Sequence record: KC690136
DNA length: 64,000 nt
Source: Escherichia phage JES2013
Direction: 5' to 3' (one strand)
Shown: piece by piece, positions 19,597 to 29,489 of the stretch
Layout of the letters: every line of letters starts with the position of its first letter
Numbering within the stretch: the stretch's first letter is position 1
Notes under the pieces: generated by a model
The model's database searches: none
What the model was told of the DNA's origin: nothing
Seen by the model: only the letters and a program-made list of their open reading frames with translations
Made by a program: the position numbers and the translations under genes

Positions 19597-20274
19597 TTAA
19601 AAACTGCGTTTGCGTCTTGGGTGGCGAGGAGGTTGATTATTTAGACCACTGATAGGTGTAATCCCCTGAACATCGAACGGTCCGTTACTGTTTTCATTAA
19701 ATTTAACCCGAATTCCTTCGTCTACACGAACACCACCAATGATAATCATTCTGCTATAAGCATCTAGCTCAGAGTCTACATAATCTGGGTGTGCCAGCAG
19801 CCAATCAAGAAAATCTTTCCACTGAGCGTAGGAAGATCCACCACGAATCTCTATGGTCTCATCACCTATTTTTTCCAGACGAGAAGTTATACTTGCATTA
19901 CCACTGGAAACTTCCTGCATCATCAGCCACCGCACAAGCTGCACAAGCACATTGTACTTAAGCAGGGGTAGCTTATCAGGGTCTGCCGGATAATTTAGTT
20001 TCAGCTTCTCCATGTCAAGGAATGTTTTAATTACCCCATCAGGGAGTGTTTCCTCATCAACATTTCCAAGCAATAACCTCATAATATCAATAAGAGGTTG
20101 GTCTGGATCAGGTTCTGGGGGCACAGGATCTTCTTTTGGTGGTTCTTCTGGGGTATCGACTACACCATCATGGTTAGGCGGTGACGGGATAATCTCTTCA
20201 TCTTCATACCATGCCATTTGAAAATACCTCGTAAAAATAAAGCCCCATTCCTGATTTGGAAGGGGCCTTAACAA
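19597..20274 (-). CDS. hypothetical protein with Pro/Glu-rich segment
   Basis: 225-aa ORF. Confidence 0.4.
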   Translation of the reverse strand: MLRPLPNQEWGFIFTRYFQMAWYEDEEIIPSPPNHDGVVDTPEEPPKEDPVPPEPDPDQPLIDIMRLLLGNVDEETLPDGVIKTFLDMEKLKLNYPADPDKLPLLKYNVLVQLVRWLMMQEVSSGNASITSRLEKIGDETIEIRGGSSYAQWKDFLDWLLAHPDYVDSELDAYSRMIIIGGVRVDEGIRVKFNENSNGPFDVQGITPISGLNNQPPRHPRRKRSF

Positions 20275-20276
20275 AA

Positions 20277-21131
20277 TTATGCCAGTGCAGCCTCAAAATC
20301 TTTCATCATATTTTGGAAAGTTTTTGCCTTACTTAAGGTAACACCGTGCTCTTTAGCGAAGGTTTGGAGTGCATCTTTCGAACCACTTTTGTCATCTTCG
20401 TTGTTAAGAGCTGAGGCTTGCTGTAGTATGGCATCAATATCATTACCGGAAGATCTTGATTCTTGTGCCTGTTCAGGATCCTGCTTAGTTCCTTCCGTAC
20501 CATCCGGTGCGGTAGGGCCTGGTGATTCCTCACTGCCACCACCAGGTTCAGTAGGACCTACAGGTGGCTCCGGCTCTGGTTCAGGTTCTGGGGCTACTGT
20601 AGAAGTCAGCCCAAGATTTACAACCTGAGAACGTTTCTTAGGCCACTCAATGGTGAAAGTCTGGGTATCTTCTGCATAAGCAACATCGCATTGCTCATCG
20701 TTTATGGTCACTTTTTTGGGCATCCCTTCAGGGTCCCACAGATGACCTTCTGCTACGGAAACCTTGAAAGCAGCATCTACCTCTTTAAACACCGAAGGAG
20801 TGAGTGTAATATTGACATCACCGCTTTGAAGTGTTAAAGTGCTTTCATCAAGATTTTCTGTGAAGAACAGAAGAATAACACCCATACGGATGGTTGAAAT
20901 GCCTGTATCAATTGGCAGGCCTGTGTGTTTTGCAATCTTCTCGAAGAAGTCTACAATCGTTCTGCATGGATAGTGAACACTTCCAATAACGAACTCTGTT
21001 GGTGGAAGCAGGGCTGATAAACCAACATTGATTTCTGGATTGTATTGTGCTAAAAATTGATAAAAACTTAACTGATTGTTGAAAACTCTTAATAGAGGAT
21101 CATACTCGACTGGATATACGGCTCTCTTCAC
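20277..21131 (-). CDS. hypothetical structural protein with PE-repeat linker
   Basis: 284-aa ORF; PEPEPEPEPP repeat and Gly/Pro-rich linker. Confidence 0.4.
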   Translation of the reverse strand: MKRAVYPVEYDPLLRVFNNQLSFYQFLAQYNPEINVGLSALLPPTEFVIGSVHYPCRTIVDFFEKIAKHTGLPIDTGISTIRMGVILLFFTENLDESTLTLQSGDVNITLTPSVFKEVDAAFKVSVAEGHLWDPEGMPKKVTINDEQCDVAYAEDTQTFTIEWPKKRSQVVNLGLTSTVAPEPEPEPEPPVGPTEPGGGSEESPGPTAPDGTEGTKQDPEQAQESRSSGNDIDAILQQASALNNEDDKSGSKDALQTFAKEHGVTLSKAKTFQNMMKDFEAALA

Positions 21132-21152
21132 GGGACACTCCTGTTAAACCCT

Positions 21153-21188
21153 AATAAATAAAAAAGGGGAGGGGAGAACCCCCTCCCC
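21153..21188 (-). terminator. rho-independent terminator after major capsid gene
   Basis: Strong hairpin ggggaggggg ttct cccctcccc followed on the minus strand by a 7-9 nt U-run. Confidence 0.6.
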
Positions 21189-21212
21189 ATATGGGATGAA
21201 TCACATTAGTGA

Positions 21213-22235
21213 TTATTCACTTTTCAGAGTTACTTTAACAACCAGCTCTGGGCGGGTGTTAACTGCCAGCATGGAAGTTTCAGATTCGATTTTCTGTTCT
21301 CTCAGGTAGGCAGAGTGTTTATACCACATATACAGCTCTTGAGCTGGGGTATTTGCATCTTCCAGAGTGTCAGCCGGAGCAAAGTGCAGCTGGAACATCT
21401 GATCGATACCCATAGGCATCAGACGAGCCTCACCGTCCGGAATGTTGCCAGAGATGTCTTCGATGAAGGTCATACCCTTGTGTTCAAACACACGGTAAAT
21501 GCTCTGTTCACCACCTGCACCCAGACGACGACGCAGCGGTTCCTGAGAAGAGCTGTAGTAGGTGTAAGCCAGCTCTACCAGCGGGTGATGAACCAGTGCT
21601 GAGAAGAATTTCGGAGAGCACAGCGCGATGATGTTATAAGCACCAGCGTTGTCACCAGCCTGCAGAGCAATGTGCAGACGTGCATCTTCGATTACTTCCA
21701 TCGGGTCCTGTGCTGCATTTTTAGGATCGATTTCGATAGATTTCTGGGAAACGCCCCACAGTTTGTAATAGTCATACTGACAGGTGGTGTCGCCAGGGGC
21801 ATATGATTTACCCAGAACTGCAGCAAACAGCGCTTTTTCACGCAGAGTTTCGTGGGTCAGACGGATACGACGAACCACACGGGTAACTACGTCCTGAACA
21901 GTTTTCGGTGCATCAGGGGTGAAGTAGCGACGGAAGTTCTGAACATCCGCAGCGGTGATGCCTTTATCCAGCGGGAAGAACGGGATGTTCAGGTTTTTGA
22001 TCTGAGCACGTTCGCTACCAACGTAGTTACGTTCACCACCACGGCGACGTGCAGCAATATCACCAACCACTTCATCTACACGTTCAATCTGTGCGATTGT
22101 TGAGGTGCCTAGATGAGTTTCAAACAGATCCATACCAGTGATCAGTCGGAATTGGCGCGGAACCAGTTCAAGAGTAGCACCTAAATCAACAATACCAAAA
22201 TCATCTTTACGGGTGTTAGCCATTATTTTCTCCAA
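21213..22235 (-). CDS. major capsid protein (lambda gpE-like family suspected)
   Basis: 340 aa; follows scaffold and decoration-like genes; strong terminator downstream; R-x-R-G-G and YKGM-like motifs recalled from gpE family. Confidence 0.6.
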   Translation of the reverse strand: MEKIMANTRKDDFGIVDLGATLELVPRQFRLITGMDLFETHLGTSTIAQIERVDEVVGDIAARRRGGERNYVGSERAQIKNLNIPFFPLDKGITAADVQNFRRYFTPDAPKTVQDVVTRVVRRIRLTHETLREKALFAAVLGKSYAPGDTTCQYDYYKLWGVSQKSIEIDPKNAAQDPMEVIEDARLHIALQAGDNAGAYNIIALCSPKFFSALVHHPLVELAYTYYSSSQEPLRRRLGAGGEQSIYRVFEHKGMTFIEDISGNIPDGEARLMPMGIDQMFQLHFAPADTLEDANTPAQELYMWYKHSAYLREQKIESETSMLAVNTRPELVVKVTLKSE

Positions 22236-22269
22236 ATAACTTTAAAATTTATTTCCCAAAGATCTAGGA

Positions 22270-22644
22270 TTATTCCTGAACTTTGTTGCCTTTGGCTTCA
22301 AGCGCTGCCAGAACTGCTTCAGCTGCCGCTGTGCCGCCAGCAACTTTCAAATGAGCTTTAGCGAAGGTTACACCGCGAACAGCAACAACCAGCTTGTACT
22401 TCTCGCCAACTTTCAGCGGTTCTGCAAGATTTACACGACCAGCAGAGTCGGGCAGAAGCGCACGGTCAACCAGCACACCAAAGGTGTCTGAACCATCTTG
22501 ATTAGCCAGAGTACCGGTTTTGGTAACTACTGCGCCAGCAACGTGATCAGCAGTGAGAGTGATTTCAATTTCTTTAAAGTTGAAACCTGCATCGCTAGAA
22601 TCAACTTTGCCGAGCACGATATCAGAATATTGAGTGGTGATCAT
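22270..22644 (-). CDS. putative head decoration / capsid-associated protein
   Basis: 124-aa ORF immediately upstream of major capsid gene; assignment by position. Confidence 0.35.
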   Translation of the reverse strand: MITTQYSDIVLGKVDSSDAGFNFKEIEITLTADHVAGAVVTKTGTLANQDGSDTFGVLVDRALLPDSAGRVNLAEPLKVGEKYKLVVAVRGVTFAKAHLKVAGGTAAAEAVLAALEAKGNKVQE

Positions 22645-22665
22645 TATTTTCCCCTATTAAACAAA

Positions 22666-23646
22666 TTATTTATTGGATTCTTTACGTGCGCGAGCCAGAG
22701 CTTTAGCGACGTTTTCAGCAATAATGTCTTCAGCAGATTTAGCAATGTCGTCCACCACGACATCACCATCTTTACCTTGCTCTGTGGTTGCGAACTCTTC
22801 TTTAGCTTTTTCAACTTTAGCTTCCAGTTCAGCAATACGAGCTTGAGCTTTTTCCAGCAATTCAACAACAGGGGCGTTAGCTTTATCCAGCATGAATTCG
22901 ACCAGAGGTGCGTGGTCTTCTTCAGTGGTGAAGCTTAACGCCTGAGCTTTTTCCAGCATTTTAGCTTTTTCAACTTCTACCTGAGCCTTGATGATTTCTT
23001 CAGCTTTTTCATTGGTAGCTTTCAGTTCTTCGAACTGTTTCAGCAGGTCCAGGTACTCTTGAGACTTGGTTACGTCTTCCACCGGATTCTCCTCGGTATT
23101 TGCGGATTTATCAACATTGTCCACAGCGTCTGTAACAACTTCTTCTGTGGTTTCCTGTGCCGCTTTAATAAGTTTCCCTTCTTCATCGAAGAGATCAGCG
23201 GTCATCTGCTCAAAAACTTGTTGGGTTTTCAACAGAGTGTATTGGTCAACAATACTTAAATCTTTACCTTCTTTAGCAGCTTTGTGAATGGTTACGTTAT
23301 CACAACGTTCTTCTAACCACTGCACACAAGCCTCTGCATCAGCCTGTGCCCACTCCCAATCTGGGTGTTCTTTTGCCCAAGCTTCTTCCTCAATCTCGAA
23401 CCCAAGCAGGTGAGCCAGTGCCTTAGCATCGTCATACCACATATCGAAAAAACGACGCAGGTATTCTTCAAAGCTAAGTTCAACAGTAACTTGGCGAAGA
23501 GCCTTAACGATATCCTCTGTTAACTGCTCGGGCTTAAGATCGCTCTTCATTAAAAGAGATACAGGCCTATTGTTAGCGCTATAGCCTTGCGCCTTGTGGC
23601 ACAGGGCAATCCCTTTCTCTTTAATAGTGATTGTTTTTTCAGACAT
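22666..23646 (-). CDS. putative scaffold protein
   Basis: 326 aa, highly acidic, long coiled-coil-like E/K/A-rich C-terminal half; between protease-like and capsid genes. Confidence 0.5.
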   Translation of the reverse strand: MSEKTITIKEKGIALCHKAQGYSANNRPVSLLMKSDLKPEQLTEDIVKALRQVTVELSFEEYLRRFFDMWYDDAKALAHLLGFEIEEEAWAKEHPDWEWAQADAEACVQWLEERCDNVTIHKAAKEGKDLSIVDQYTLLKTQQVFEQMTADLFDEEGKLIKAAQETTEEVVTDAVDNVDKSANTEENPVEDVTKSQEYLDLLKQFEELKATNEKAEEIIKAQVEVEKAKMLEKAQALSFTTEEDHAPLVEFMLDKANAPVVELLEKAQARIAELEAKVEKAKEEFATTEQGKDGDVVVDDIAKSAEDIIAENVAKALARARKESNK

Positions 23647-24077
23647 TACTCATTGCCCTCTTCTACAACACTGATCCCGAAGTTTACGTTGGTGATCTCG
23701 CCAGTTTCTTCATCAACATTGCCAGTTGCCTGAATGCTTAGTCCACCAACAATGCCAGCCTTCTTAGCTTCCCATAATTCAGGATTGTTGTATTTAACTT
23801 TAGCAACCCAAGAGCCAGCCTTGATGACCTGCTCAGTACCAATTACCACAACATCAAACTCTTCTTGAATCCACGTCTTTTCAATAGTGAATGCATCTGT
23901 GGAGGTCAAGTGGAAAAGGTTTTCAGAAACTAGGCCTGCGGCGTATGCTGCGTCCCAATTATCTTTAGCCTTTTTGATGGTGTCTTTACTCATCCACTCA
24001 CCGTGAGCGTCTTTAGTGTCCGGTTCGTAGATGATTTCGTAGGAAATCATTTCTTCCTGTGGCATCTTATTCCCCAT
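23646..24077 (-). CDS. putative prohead protease / XkdF-like protein
   Basis: ORF between portal and scaffold; start trimmed to internal Met (MGNKMPQEE) to avoid overlap with portal; motif match recalled, not verified. Confidence 0.3.
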   Translation of the reverse strand: MGNKMPQEEMISYEIIYEPDTKDAHGEWMSKDTIKKAKDNWDAAYAAGLVSENLFHLTSTDAFTIEKTWIQEEFDVVVIGTEQVIKAGSWVAKVKYNNPELWEAKKAGIVGGLSIQATGNVDEETGEITNVNFGISVVEEGNE

Positions 24078-24132
24078 GTGGATTATTTTATCACGCCAAA
24101 GGAGGTTTTGCAACCCCCTGTGTTGATAATTT

Positions 24133-25689
24133 TTAATTTTCCATGTTGGATATGGAATTATCTCTGGTTGATGACATCTTAGAAGTGCCGTTGCCAGTGG
24201 ATCCTGCAGCCATACCATCACCAGCCCTGCTGATATCCTGGCCCAAGAGCTTCATCAGCTCTTCTTGATCCATGTCTTCGTCAAATCTTTCATCAAACCC
24301 GCCTACTTCAAGAATCTTATTAATTACTGCAGGAGTTTTTGGCAAGTAACCTACAGCACCGATCCTCTGGACAAACTTGGAGAAGCTCTCCATGTCCACT
24401 TCTTCAATCAGACCAGGTTTCAGTTTAGGCATATCATCATCTTCAAGGATGATACCATTCAATGCCAGAAGCTGTGGAATAAGATCCTTATTGAAGGCTT
24501 CAGTGATAATATCTATATCACGCTGAACAAAATGACCATGGATAGACTGTTTTGACTCAGACAGAGAGAAGGATCCAACGTTATCGTTACCGAGGTTAAT
24601 AAAGCCAGCACCGAAACGGTCAAGAATCGCCTTCTTACGGGCATCGATCAAATCTTTAGTGGAATATTGCTTACCCATACCGTCAACCCCCTTCAGGGTC
24701 ATGGAGTAAAGCTCTTTACCAGACTTATCTCTATCAGACGGAAGTATAAAGAAACTTTGCTCACCACTATGGGCGTTTGCTGCGTCAAGCATAAGGTCTG
24801 CAACCATTCTCCCTTCCATTGAATTCGGGTCAATACTGGCCTTGTTCAAAATATTGGAAGGAATTTTCAGCTCAAGCACCCCACCAAGGTCTTTGGAACA
24901 GCCAACAACCTCAAGGTTTTCAATCAGAACTTTCTCACGGAAAGATCTGTAGCAACCTATCATCGGTGACACACCTGCAGGGTTAGATTCTGTTCCTGAC
25001 AGGGTCATGAGCATAAGCTTTTTAGCAGGGATGAAAATTTCAGGCTCATTAAAGCCTTTTGAAGGCATTGCAGCAAGAGGTCCAGCCCAGCGTGCATTCT
25101 GAGTGTTTAGAAATGCATTAGGTGACTGATAAATACCTGTCAGTGTTCTACTATTCTTGTCAAAGACAAACGGCTCTGATCTGGACAAACTGGCCTGAGG
25201 TCGGAATGCAATTTTATCAATAAGAAGCATCCCGGCATATTTACCTTCTTTCTCTCTGCGGTATACTTTCTCAAACAGTGAAAAACCATACTCGTTAAAG
25301 GTAGCTGCGCTTCTTGCAATATCCCGAAGGGTTTGTTGGTTTGCCAAATTACGCAAAGAATACTCTATAAGCTCGGCAGCTTTCTTAGAGTCTTCACTTT
25401 TAACATTATAAAGGATCTTAAAATCATTGAATGCTTTCGTGATGAAAACATATTTTGTATCTAAGGCAGTAGCAACTGTGGAATCACATTTCATAGTCTC
25501 CACTGTGGCAATCAGCTGAGGCCAACGCAATTCCTCAACCATCATAGATTGCGATTCTGCCATAATTTGGGAAAGTGCGCCAGAACCGATCTCACTCATA
25601 CGAACATTATGAGTTGGTGCGCCTGCGTTCCCAGATTTATTCACAGTTTTGGCTGTGGCGTTGTGTTTCCTGCGGTTCTTTTTGGACAC
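24133..25689 (-). CDS. portal protein
   Basis: 518-aa ORF directly downstream of terminase large subunit. Confidence 0.6.
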   Translation of the reverse strand: MSKKNRRKHNATAKTVNKSGNAGAPTHNVRMSEIGSGALSQIMAESQSMMVEELRWPQLIATVETMKCDSTVATALDTKYVFITKAFNDFKILYNVKSEDSKKAAELIEYSLRNLANQQTLRDIARSAATFNEYGFSLFEKVYRREKEGKYAGMLLIDKIAFRPQASLSRSEPFVFDKNSRTLTGIYQSPNAFLNTQNARWAGPLAAMPSKGFNEPEIFIPAKKLMLMTLSGTESNPAGVSPMIGCYRSFREKVLIENLEVVGCSKDLGGVLELKIPSNILNKASIDPNSMEGRMVADLMLDAANAHSGEQSFFILPSDRDKSGKELYSMTLKGVDGMGKQYSTKDLIDARKKAILDRFGAGFINLGNDNVGSFSLSESKQSIHGHFVQRDIDIITEAFNKDLIPQLLALNGIILEDDDMPKLKPGLIEEVDMESFSKFVQRIGAVGYLPKTPAVINKILEVGGFDERFDEDMDQEELMKLLGQDISRAGDGMAAGSTGNGTSKMSSTRDNSISNMEN

Positions 25690-25791
25690 AAGCTTTACCC
25701 CTCAAAACAGTATAACAAAATAGCCCTCGTGTTAGAGGGCTAGTATCTCCGATTACTCTATTCTACCACATCTAATTAAGATTGGCAACAC

Positions 25792-26913
25792 TTAGATAAA
25801 ACGCTTGAACATAGAAGGTGATGAGATTGATGGAATCACACAAGGAAGTGCTACCTCCTCTTTCTCCAGGAAATTAATCGCAGAAGCTACACAGTCGGCC
25901 CAGTCGTCTTTCCTGTTAAATGTTGATCTTTCCCCGTTGAATTTTTCAAGTTCAGTCAGAAATGCTTCCAGAGTATCAGGATGGAAACTGGATTTTACAA
26001 TCCTAACCATTCCTTGTTGGGCAAGATTGGCAAAAGGTGAGAACCTTGTCAGTTTAGATTTGTTGGAAGGCATTGGGTCTTCTTCAACCCTAAACCCTTC
26101 GGCGAGCAAGGATCTGGAGGATGTTAAGAACTCACTCTTACCTGCCTGACCGGGGTCCACAGAGAATACGATTATACAATCATCACCATCAAACTGCGCC
26201 TGTTTCCTGATGATCACATCTCGTTCACCAGCCTTTTTACAGAACTTGCCTTCCAGACCTGTGGAATACCTCCCGTCATCCACGTTCTCAGGACAATAAT
26301 CACCGGACAGGTAATAAAAGCCGTCGCTATCTTTACTTACCTTAACACTGGCGGTAAAGTCAGGAAATTTATTACCGGAAGTTCTCTCGGTTCCTGCCTT
26401 ATCCCATGCCCTGCAAGATACTGATCCAAGGGGTACTCTATCGGCATCACGAAGGAAAGATCTTTGAAAATAGTTTGCACCCTCAGGCTTTGCAAACCAG
26501 TTGCCATGAAGAAGCTGGGCTTTTTCAAGCTCGGGCAGACCTTCAAGAAAAGCAAGGTATTCTGGGTTGTCTCTCAAGCAGACAGGATTATCGAAGATTG
26601 TTGCGCCTATAAACGAGAATGACAACGGTCTTGGCTTGATCTCTACACCAAGTCCGTTAACCGTGGTGTATTTCTCTATCAACTCTTCCTTAGAGTCTCC
26701 CCAAATAAATTCACCGTCGCGTCGGATAAAATATCTTTTCTTACCGCATTTCTCCGGATCTGGATACCCTTCATCGTCCAACCACCATCTAACCAGTTTG
26801 GCAAGCATGTGTTCTGAATCTGGGTTACAGCTGATAACCATTCTTGATGGATACTTTGACTGAGATCGCAGACGAGACATCAGGTAGTCTATCTGTTCCC
26901 ATTCGAATTGTGT
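25792..26913 (-). CDS. terL: terminase large subunit, exon 2 (nuclease domain)
   Basis: C-terminal DDWADCVASAINF motif typical of terminase nuclease domain; in-frame stop only at 26917-26919, so exon can begin at 26913. Confidence 0.65.
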   Translation of the reverse strand, partial: TQFEWEQIDYLMSRLRSQSKYPSRMVISCNPDSEHMLAKLVRWWLDDEGYPDPEKCGKKRYFIRRDGEFIWGDSKEELIEKYTTVNGLGVEIKPRPLSFSFIGATIFDNPVCLRDNPEYLAFLEGLPELEKAQLLHGNWFAKPEGANYFQRSFLRDADRVPLGSVSCRAWDKAGTERTSGNKFPDFTASVKVSKDSDGFYYLSGDYCPENVDDGRYSTGLEGKFCKKAGERDVIIRKQAQFDGDDCIIVFSVDPGQAGKSEFLTSSRSLLAEGFRVEEDPMPSNKSKLTRFSPFANLAQQGMVRIVKSSFHPDTLEAFLTELEKFNGERSTFNRKDDWADCVASAINFLEKEEVALPCVIPSISSPSMFKRFI

Positions 26914-27796
26914 CGTTTATGTTCAGGCAAGGTCGCTAGTCTTGCCCCGCCATTTTCAGGCAGCTGCATGTCTCCATGCAGACCAGACTATATCTTATGA
27001 ATGTGTAAATACTCTGCCGCTCTAAGAATAGTTTCCTCATCTTCTTGGAAGAAACCTAAAGCTCTGTTGCATTTATCACAAAGCAACCCTCTTACAGCAC
27101 CAGTTTTATGGTCATGATCAACACAAAAGAAATCTCTGTACCCTTGCGTCCTATACTCATCGAGAGATATTCTACAAATGGCACACTTATGATCTTGATC
27201 TGAGAGTAGACGATAGTATTCATCTTTTGTTATGTGAAATTTCTTCTCAATCTGATAAAACTTTTCACACATCTTACACCTGTTCGTAACCAGATATACT
27301 TTACCATAGTCACGTTTTGTGTAAAAACTATCAGCGAGCATACTTTCATGACAAGATTTGCATTCAAAAAGTTCACCTTTCTTCAGCAAGTCTTGAATAA
27401 ATAATGCTGCGTCATCTCTCTTAACCATATTTTTGTTTTTACGAGATCCACCCTTCCTGTAGTACATATAGCATTCCTTGCATGTACCTGAGTATCCATC
27501 CTTGCTCTTAGATGATAAAAAGAAATCATCAATAGGTAGAACTCTTTGGCAATCCATACATTTTTTAGTATTACACATTCACCCTCCCGTTTCGAATCGC
27601 TTGATTCTACGTCTTTCGACTAGTCGTTGAACGTTCATCCTCTCGGATGCTTCGCTGCGGATTATCTAAACTAACACACTGTTACCATACCTTCGATCTC
27701 TCTTCGAAGCCTCTATCATGTTACCATGACAGGTTGGTGGTGTCAATAATAAAGATTTCCCCGCAATTAGGGAGGTTTTACGAGAGCTACAAATTA
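26914..27796 (-). mobile_element. group I intron interrupting terL, with embedded HNH homing endonuclease ORF
   Basis: Minus-strand conserved elements P (AATTGCGGGGAAA, ~27768-27756), Q (AATCCGCAGCG, ~27663-27653), R (GTTCAACGACTAGTC, 27632-27618), S (AAGATATAGTCT, ~26996-26985); candidate guide GCTCTC pairs with exon end GAGGGT; exact 3' boundary uncertain. Confidence 0.7.
26988..27578 (-). CDS. HNH homing endonuclease (Endonuclease VII family) encoded within the intron
   Basis: 196 aa; CxxC pairs plus DHDHKTGAVRGLLCDKCNRALG motif (T4 Endo VII-like); strong RBS GGGAGGG; stop codon lies inside the S element. Confidence 0.75.
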   Translation of the reverse strand: MCNTKKCMDCQRVLPIDDFFLSSKSKDGYSGTCKECYMYYRKGGSRKNKNMVKRDDAALFIQDLLKKGELFECKSCHESMLADSFYTKRDYGKVYLVTNRCKMCEKFYQIEKKFHITKDEYYRLLSDQDHKCAICRISLDEYRTQGYRDFFCVDHDHKTGAVRGLLCDKCNRALGFFQEDEETILRAAEYLHIHKI

Positions 27797-28222
27797 ACCC
27801 TCATCGAAGCAAACCATGGTGTACTCAAGCCCTTGATGGTTAAGCTTATCTTGTACATACTCCATGTGGCAGTATTTTACAACAGCTCCCTTTTTGCTTC
27901 TATCCCACTTGCCAGTGTTCGGATCAAACCGTGGAAAAATGAACTTATGATCCTTCTCTCTGAACTTTGGCTTAATGTTTTCAGGCAGATCGCTATAAAT
28001 AGCTACTGCTTTAGGCCATAGTCCACCCTCACCTTCCAACTGTGGGGTTGTTCTTCGGAACATAACCACAGAGCTGTGGGGGTCATCAATAATTTTAAGT
28101 GGCATCAACTGCAAGAGAAACGACTTGCCAGACCCTGCGGCACCGCCGATTACCAAAATATCTGCATCGTTTTCGAGGATCATCTTCTGCTTTTCAGAAC
28201 ACGGTCCGTAAATCTTAGACAT
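27797..28222 (-). CDS. terL: terminase large subunit, exon 1 (ATPase domain)
   Basis: Walker A GGAAGSGKS and Walker B MVCFDE; ORF stops right after Walker B with TAA that would be the first intron nucleotides. Confidence 0.7.
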
Positions 28223-28509
28223 TAACCTCTCTCCTTTGGAAACAGTGTTCTAATATAGTCTTGCAAAATGATCAATTTAGCTCTATCATTGCTACAAGAC
28301 AAATTATTATCCCTCATAATGCCAGAATTTACTGCATCTGGAGCACCTTTCTTCAAAGGCATAGCTTTAGCAGGTGGTTTCATGGCACCTTCCGGGGGTT
28401 TAACAATCAACCTTCCTACATCTGGAGGGTCAATCTTGTATTCTCTCTCAACGCTGGTTGCACACCCACATAATAAAAAGCACACAATAAACAGTGCAGC
28501 AACTCTCAT
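28222..28509 (-). CDS. putative o-spanin (Rz1-like outer-membrane lipoprotein)
   Basis: 95 aa; signal peptide with lipobox-like LLCGC, Pro-rich mature part; overlaps i-spanin by 4 nt. Confidence 0.45.
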   Translation of the reverse strand: MRVAALFIVCFLLCGCATSVEREYKIDPPDVGRLIVKPPEGAMKPPAKAMPLKKGAPDAVNSGIMRDNNLSCSNDRAKLIILQDYIRTLFPKERG

Positions 28510-28904
28510 CGATCCTCCTGATTGATACTCTCATTATAAATATCTATAAGCTGATCAGGGAGTGTTGACTTCTTACCTTCAGGTGATTGGAGGTAGATAA
28601 TCTGCTTTTCTCTACCTGCCCTCTCAGCTATATTTAATTTATCCTGCAGATCAGAAAGAGATTTTTCAAGGTTTTTAACCTCCTCTGCGTGGCCCATTTT
28701 AATCTTGTCGGCCTGCTTTTGTTGCTGATCAAGGATCCGTTCCCACTTTAACTCTGTTGCTGACACACCCTCCTGGTAGGCATCATTAAGCTTGGAGTTA
28801 AACCAATACACGGCCCCAAGATAAGCTGTACCTATCGCAGCTGCAAAAACTAAACCTTTTATGATCCCTTTATACCTACTCAGCCATGTTAAAACTGAAA
28901 TCAT
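28506..28904 (-). CDS. putative i-spanin (Rz-like)
   Basis: 132 aa; N-terminal transmembrane segment then charged coiled-coil-like region. Confidence 0.45.
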   Translation of the reverse strand: MISVLTWLSRYKGIIKGLVFAAAIGTAYLGAVYWFNSKLNDAYQEGVSATELKWERILDQQQKQADKIKMGHAEEVKNLEKSLSDLQDKLNIAERAGREKQIIYLQSPEGKKSTLPDQLIDIYNESINQEDR

Positions 28905-29009
28905 TTTAAGGCTCCAGAAACGAAAAAACCCCGCAGCTATGCAGCTAACGGGGCGGGTTAAAATTGAGTAACCTAAATAGATCGAAACTAACTAAAAGGA
29001 GACTAATAC

Positions 29010-29279
29010 TTATCGAGGCACTCGGTGGATGATTCTAACAGTAACTGCATTTTCATTCATCAAGTATGCATCTACATCTCTGTAAATATAAAACTTCTGC
29101 TCACTATCAACAACACAAGCTACTGCCCCTTCAGAGTTGTCTTCAAAAAAGACCACCACTGCATCGCAGCTGAGTTCATGATATGACTCTCGAAGATTTA
29201 CAGCCAGAGGATTGAAATCGTCACGAAAATCTACGGTATGGGTTGGATTTACACGCTCTACAATTTTAAGTGTATACAT
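29010..29279 (-). CDS. hypothetical protein
   Basis: Track ORF 29010..29369 trimmed to internal Met (MYTLKIV) because the upstream part overlaps tRNA-Pro. Confidence 0.4.
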   Translation of the reverse strand: MYTLKIVERVNPTHTVDFRDDFNPLAVNLRESYHELSCDAVVVFFEDNSEGAVACVVDSEQKFYIYRDVDAYLMNENAVTVRIIHRVPR

Positions 29280-29325
29280 TTTAAAGGTTCCTTTTGTTTG
29301 TATATGTTTAAAGTATAACTGAAAG

Positions 29326-29402
29326 TGGTCTCCACGGAGTGATTCGAACACTCGACCTCCTGATCCCAAATCAGGCGCTCTACCAAGCTGAGCTACGCGG
29401 AG
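29326..29402 (-). tRNA. tRNA-Pro (anticodon UGG)
   Basis: Manual cloverleaf: acceptor CTCCGCG/CGTGGAG, D-arm GCTC/GAGC, anticodon loop TTTGGGA, T-arm GAGTG TTCGAAT CACTC, encoded CCA. Confidence 0.7.
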
Positions 29403-29413
29403 TATTCATTATT

Positions 29414-29488
29414 TGGTGGCCCTGGGTGGAATTGAACCACCGTCTGGCGATTATGAGTCGCTTGCTTGAACCTTCCAGCTACAGGGCC
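29414..29488 (-). tRNA. tRNA-Met (anticodon CAU; could be initiator, elongator or Ile2)
   Basis: Manual fold: acceptor GGCCCTG/CAGGGCC, anticodon loop CTCATAA, T-arm GGTGG TTCAATT CCACC, encoded CCA. Confidence 0.65.
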
Positions 29489-29489
29489 A

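Noticed and set aside
22644-22868. Minus-strand ORF MLNCWKKLKLVLLNWKLKLKKLKK overlapping the scaffold gene in another frame
   Set aside because: Low-complexity translation of the scaffold's E/K-rich coding region in an alternate frame.
23646-24221. Full-length track ORF for the protease-like gene beginning at 24221
   Set aside because: Its first ~48 codons overlap the portal gene 3' end in another frame; an internal Met is a more plausible start.
26880-27800. Intein or simple split-gene explanation for the interrupted terminase
   Set aside because: The HNH ORF is not in frame with the terminase exons and is flanked by stop codons; presence of P, Q, R, S core elements favours a group I intron.
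29280-29369. N-terminal 30 codons of track ORF 29010..29369
   Set aside because: This part overlaps tRNA-Pro (29326..29402) on the same strand; start moved to the internal Met at 29279.
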